A DNA stretch of 16,752 nucleotides from the NCBI RefSeq assembly GCF_035285525.1, contig NZ_JAYKGW010000010.1, positions 1-16,752 on the forward strand, written 5' to 3'. The notes beneath the pieces are model-generated. The model had not been told where the DNA came from and did not search any database. It was given only the letters and a program-made list of their open reading frames with translations. Position 1 is the first letter of the stretch; each line of letters opens with the position of its first letter. Position numbers and translations under genes: made by a program. Positions 13,549-16,752 of this stretch are shown here, piece after piece. The stretch comes from Okeania sp. (GTDB lineage Bacteria; Cyanobacteriota; Cyanobacteriia; Cyanobacteriales; Microcoleaceae).

Positions 13549-16500
13549 ATGAGTTCAGCAGGAACACCTATAAATGTTGAGGTGGTTACAAGAATAATCA
13601 ATGGTTTTGTTATCCAAGGTTTCCTTGATGACGATGGTGTATTTATACCATTACAAGCAATACCAGAACCAACACCAGAACCAACACCAGAACCAACACC
13701 AGAACCAACACCAGAACCAACTACAACACCAGCACCCACAACACAAGATGGTAGAGAGATAGTTGAAATAGATGGTGTGATTGGTTACTTTGATGATAAT
13801 GGAGACTTTATCGTAATAGCTCCAGAACCAACTCCAACTCCCACACCAGAACCCACACCAGAACCCACACCAGAACCCACACCAGAACCCACACCAGAAC
13901 CCACACCAGAACCCACACCAGAACCCACAGCACCAGGAGGAGGAACTCTATTTGAAGGAGAGGCGACTGGTACGGATGGAAATGACCGAGCAGTTGGTAG
14001 TGTTTTCAGCGATACATTTTCTGGACTTAGTGGAAATGATACTGTATTTGGCCTAGACGAAAATGATTCTCTACTTGGCCAAGATGGTAACGACCAAATT
14101 AACGGCAACCGGGGTAATGATACTATTAGTGGTGGTACAGGAGATGATTGTCTACGGGGTGGTAGAGATTCTGATTCAGTCGAAGGTGATGTCGGAGATG
14201 ATACATTATTTGGCGATCGCGCTGCAGATACAGTTTTAGGGGGAGATGGTAGAGACACTATCTACGGGGGTAAAGACAATGATAGTCTTGAAGGAGGAGC
14301 AGATAACGACTCGATTTCAGGAGATATTGGTGATGATACTATATTTGGTGATGCGGGGAATGATACACTTTTTGGTCGAACGGGCGTTGATATAATTTCT
14401 GGTGGTGTAGGTTTGGATTTGATTAGTGGTGGTGAAGATGGTGATAGTATTTCTGGAGATGAGGATAATGATTCTCTTTCAGGAGATGAAGGTAATGATA
14501 CTCTTGATGGTGGTACGGGAAATGACTCTTTATCTGGAGATACAGATGATGACCTGTTATTAGGAGGTGAAGGTAGTGATACTATTTTTGGTGGGGAAGG
14601 TAATGATTCTCTTGATGGTGGGGAAGGTAATGATTGCCTTTCAGGGGATCGAGGCAATGATTCTCTTGATGGAGGTCTGGGTGATGATCTTTTGATAGGT
14701 GGTCGAGGTGATGATACTTTGACTGGGGGTGCAGGTGATGATACTTTTGTGATTGTAGATTTTGAGGAACTTGATAATTCTAATTTATATACTATTACTG
14801 ACTTTAGTCTGGCAGAAGATTTGATTAGTTTGGAAGGTGGTCTAACGTTTGCAGATTTAGAAATATCTGATGAGGATGGTAATACTATTATTCGCAATAC
14901 AAATGGTCAGACTTTGGCTATTTTAATTGGAGTTAATAGTACGACTGTTAATGCTAATAATTTCCTCCCCAACCCAGGAGGAACAGGTACGGATACAGGT
15001 ACGGATACAGGTACAGATACGGGTACGGATACGGGTACAGATACGGGTACAGATACGGGTACAGATACGGGTACGGATACGGGTACAGATACGGGTACGG
15101 ATACGGGTACAGATACGGGTACGGACACAGGTACAGATACGGGTACAACACCAACACCATCACCAACACCAACTCCAACTCCAACACCAACTCCAACTCC
15201 AACACCAGTTCCTACCCCATCACCAACACCAGTTCCTACCCCATCACCAACACCTCCCGATGAAAATCAGGTGACACCACCATCTCTGAATGAAGTTCCT
15301 ACTGACATTCAGTTAGATAACAACAGTGTGCTAGAAAATAGTGAAGCAGGTACAGTTATTGGAACATTCACCACAGTAGATGCTGATACAAATAATACCC
15401 ATGAATACAAAATAATTAATGATGCGGAGGGGCGTTTTGCTATCAATGGAAATCAGCTAGTTGTAGTAGAAGGAGCAAACCTGAACTTTGAGGAAGAGGA
15501 CAAACGAAACTTTGAAATTGAAGTTAGAACTTTTGACAACGCAAGTGCAAGTTTTACCAAGTCATTTACTATCAGTTTAATCAATGCTAACGATCCCCCA
15601 GAAATTACAGTTCCTGACAACCAACAACAGATTAACGAAGGGGAAACCTTAGAAATTGTTGGTATTGAAGTTACAGACCCTGATGTGGGAGACGGAGAAA
15701 TCAAAGTTATCCTAGAAACTACTAACTCCGAAATTCTGGGGAGCAAATTAACCCTTAACTCTACTTCTGGTCTGACCTTTACCACTGGTGATGGCAAAGC
15801 AGACAGTCGAATAGTATTTACAGGAAATTTAGAAGATATTAACCAATCTCTGAATACCTTCACTTATACCACCAATGACTCTGGTACTGATACTGATTTA
15901 ATTAGTATCACTGTCAATGACCAAGGAAATACAGGGGAAGGAGATGCGCAAACTAACACTGCTGTAATTGATATTACCATCAACGATCTTCCTGTATTGG
16001 AAACAAATGCTGAGTTAGTAGTAAATAAAAACCAAACAGAAACAATAGATAATACTCTCCTAGAAACAACTGATAACGATGAAACTACCTTAATCTATAC
16101 AGTGACAGAATTGCCCACTCGTGGTAACTTACTACTTAATGGAGGAGATTTTATCAGTTTTACCCAGGATGATATAGATGAAGGTTTCCTGACTTATGAA
16201 CATACTAAAAACAATACTAAGAATGATTCTTTTACTTTTAGTGTATCGGATCAAGTAGGAGGAGAAACCAAAGGTACATTCAATATTCGAGTTAATGAAC
16301 CACCAAATGTGAATACTACCGAATTAACTGTTATTGAAAACACTGAGGTAGAAATTACTAACGAAAACCTACTAGCAGCAGACCCTGATACTGATGCAAA
16401 TGCAGGAACCCTAATTTATGAGATTACTGAACGGCCAACCAGTGGTAAAATTCAACTAGATAATGTTACTCTCCAAATAGCAGATACTTTTACTCAAAAA

Positions 16501-16752
16501 GATATTAACCAAGGAAATCTAACTTACGAAGGAGAGATAGTTGGTACAGATACGTTTAGTTATGTTGTCAGCGATCGAGATGGGGGTACTACCAGTGGGT
16601 TATTGAATATTAATGTTGAATCTAGCAATACTGCTCCTGTAGGAGTTGATGATACAGTTACAACTAATGAAGATACAGCCATAAATATTGATAAGTCTGA
16701 GTTATTGGCAAATGATACTGACTCGGATGGAGATACACTGACTATTATCGAC
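13549..16752 (+). CDS. Giant RTX (hemolysin-type Ca-binding repeat) / cadherin-like surface protein, 3'-truncated by the window edge
   Basis: I translated all 1068 codons from ATG 13549 to the window end and found no stop. It is absent from the ORF track because it has no stop in the window. In order it contains two short beta-rich modules separated by PEPT linkers and about 29 GGxGxDxUx nonapeptides. These are followed by an ...ITDFSLAEDLISLEGGLTFADLEI... post-RTX module, (TGTD)13 and a PT-rich linker. Next comes a cadherin-like domain (VLENSEAGTVIGTFTTVDAD...FEIEVRTFDN...ISLINANDPP). Then come two CSPG/Cadherin_3-like repeats (LIYTVTELPTRGNLLLNG...FTQDDIDEGFLTYEH...DSFTFSVSD), and finally NTAPVGVDDTVTTNEDTAINI...ANDTDSDGDTLTI. 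Confidence 0.9.
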   Translation, partial: MSSAGTPINVEVVTRIINGFVIQGFLDDDGVFIPLQAIPEPTPEPTPEPTPEPTPEPTTTPAPTTQDGREIVEIDGVIGYFDDNGDFIVIAPEPTPTPTPEPTPEPTPEPTPEPTPEPTPEPTPEPTAPGGGTLFEGEATGTDGNDRAVGSVFSDTFSGLSGNDTVFGLDENDSLLGQDGNDQINGNRGNDTISGGTGDDCLRGGRDSDSVEGDVGDDTLFGDRAADTVLGGDGRDTIYGGKDNDSLEGGADNDSISGDIGDDTIFGDAGNDTLFGRTGVDIISGGVGLDLISGGEDGDSISGDEDNDSLSGDEGNDTLDGGTGNDSLSGDTDDDLLLGGEGSDTIFGGEGNDSLDGGEGNDCLSGDRGNDSLDGGLGDDLLIGGRGDDTLTGGAGDDTFVIVDFEELDNSNLYTITDFSLAEDLISLEGGLTFADLEISDEDGNTIIRNTNGQTLAILIGVNSTTVNANNFLPNPGGTGTDTGTDTGTDTGTDTGTDTGTDTGTDTGTDTGTDTGTDTGTDTGTDTGTDTGTTPTPSPTPTPTPTPTPTPTPVPTPSPTPVPTPSPTPPDENQVTPPSLNEVPTDIQLDNNSVLENSEAGTVIGTFTTVDADTNNTHEYKIINDAEGRFAINGNQLVVVEGANLNFEEEDKRNFEIEVRTFDNASASFTKSFTISLINANDPPEITVPDNQQQINEGETLEIVGIEVTDPDVGDGEIKVILETTNSEILGSKLTLNSTSGLTFTTGDGKADSRIVFTGNLEDINQSLNTFTYTTNDSGTDTDLISITVNDQGNTGEGDAQTNTAVIDITINDLPVLETNAELVVNKNQTETIDNTLLETTDNDETTLIYTVTELPTRGNLLLNGGDFISFTQDDIDEGFLTYEHTKNNTKNDSFTFSVSDQVGGETKGTFNIRVNEPPNVNTTELTVIENTEVEITNENLLAADPDTDANAGTLIYEITERPTSGKIQLDNVTLQIADTFTQKDINQGNLTYEGEIVGTDTFSYVVSDRDGGTTSGLLNINVESSNTAPVGVDDTVTTNEDTAINIDKSELLANDTDSDGDTLTIID
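13663..13722 (+). repeat. (CCAGAACCAACA)x5 tandem repeat encoding (PEPT)5
   Basis: Four perfect 12-nt units and one with a synonymous change (ACT). Confidence 0.9.
13822..13929 (+). repeat. PEPT/PTPT linker with (CCAGAACCCACA)x7 perfect tandem repeat
   Basis: Seven identical 12-nt units occupy 13846-13929, preceded by PEPTPTPT. The unit differs from the first block only at one synonymous position (CCC versus CCA). Confidence 0.9.
13969..14748 (+). repeat. RTX nonapeptide repeat region (about 29 units)
   Basis: Continuous 9-aa periodicity, for example GGTGDDCLR GGRDSDSVE GDVGDDTLF GDRAADTVL GGDGRDTIY GGKDNDSLE GGADNDSIS ... GGRGDDTLT GGAGDDTFV. Confidence 0.9.
14983..15144 (+). repeat. 12-nt tandem repeat (GGTAC[A/G]GATAC[A/G]) x13 encoding (TGTD)13
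   Basis: 13 units that differ only at synonymous Thr third positions, plus one GAC. The antisense and shifted frames generate track ORFs 14907..15128, 14927..15274 and 14954..15205. Confidence 0.9.
15145..15258 (+). repeat. Pro/Thr-rich linker (TPTPSPTPTPTPTPTPTPVPTPSPTPVPTPSPTPP)
   Basis: Dipeptide PT/PS/PV periodicity, with an internal duplication of CCAGTTCCTACCCCATCACCAACA. Confidence 0.85.

Noticed and set aside
13527-15863. Seven track ORFs: 13527..13739, 13785..14258, 14262..14897, 14907..15128, 14954..15205 and 15453..15863 on the minus strand, plus 14927..15274 on the + strand. They encode low-complexity GSGV, SP-rich, VPVS, YPYL and RIQV proteins.
   Set aside because: All lie inside the 1068-codon + strand ORF, which has clear RTX and cadherin-like motifs. 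They are antisense or shifted-frame readings of GGxGxD, PEPT and TGTD repeats, which lack stop codons in several frames.

Overview
AT-rich cyanobacterial, probably Nostocales-like, chromosomal segment. I count 11 exact HIP1 octamers (GCGATCGC), where well under one is expected by chance, plus several dispersed small-repeat families. Housekeeping-type genes sit on the left: a 5'-truncated YkuD L,D-transpeptidase, a small SET-domain protein, an alpha/beta hydrolase and a PcrA/UvrD helicase. From about 5.5 to 13 kb lies an accessory island of small nuclease and toxin genes. It holds a DUF433/DUF5615 pair, a Uma2-family PD-(D/E)XK protein, a frameshifted Kre9/KNH-like two-domain gene and a RelE/ParE toxin whose upstream partner looks truncated. 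It also holds an HNH/EndoVII (WHH/AHH-type) toxin-like ORF overlapping a small downstream ORF by TAATG, and two Rpn/DUF2887-DUF4351 paralogs, one decayed and followed by an extra orphan C-terminal module. Nearly every cassette is separated by a same-orientation copy of one ~150-nt structured repeat carrying a terminator-like hairpin. From 13549 to the window end runs one uninterrupted + strand ORF that is absent from the supplied ORF track. It encodes a giant RTX/cadherin-like surface protein with nucleotide-perfect PEPT and TGTD tandem repeats, and all minus-strand ORFs listed there are antisense artefacts. I found no rRNA, tRNA or CRISPR array. All family assignments come from motif recognition by eye and need HMM or BLAST confirmation.
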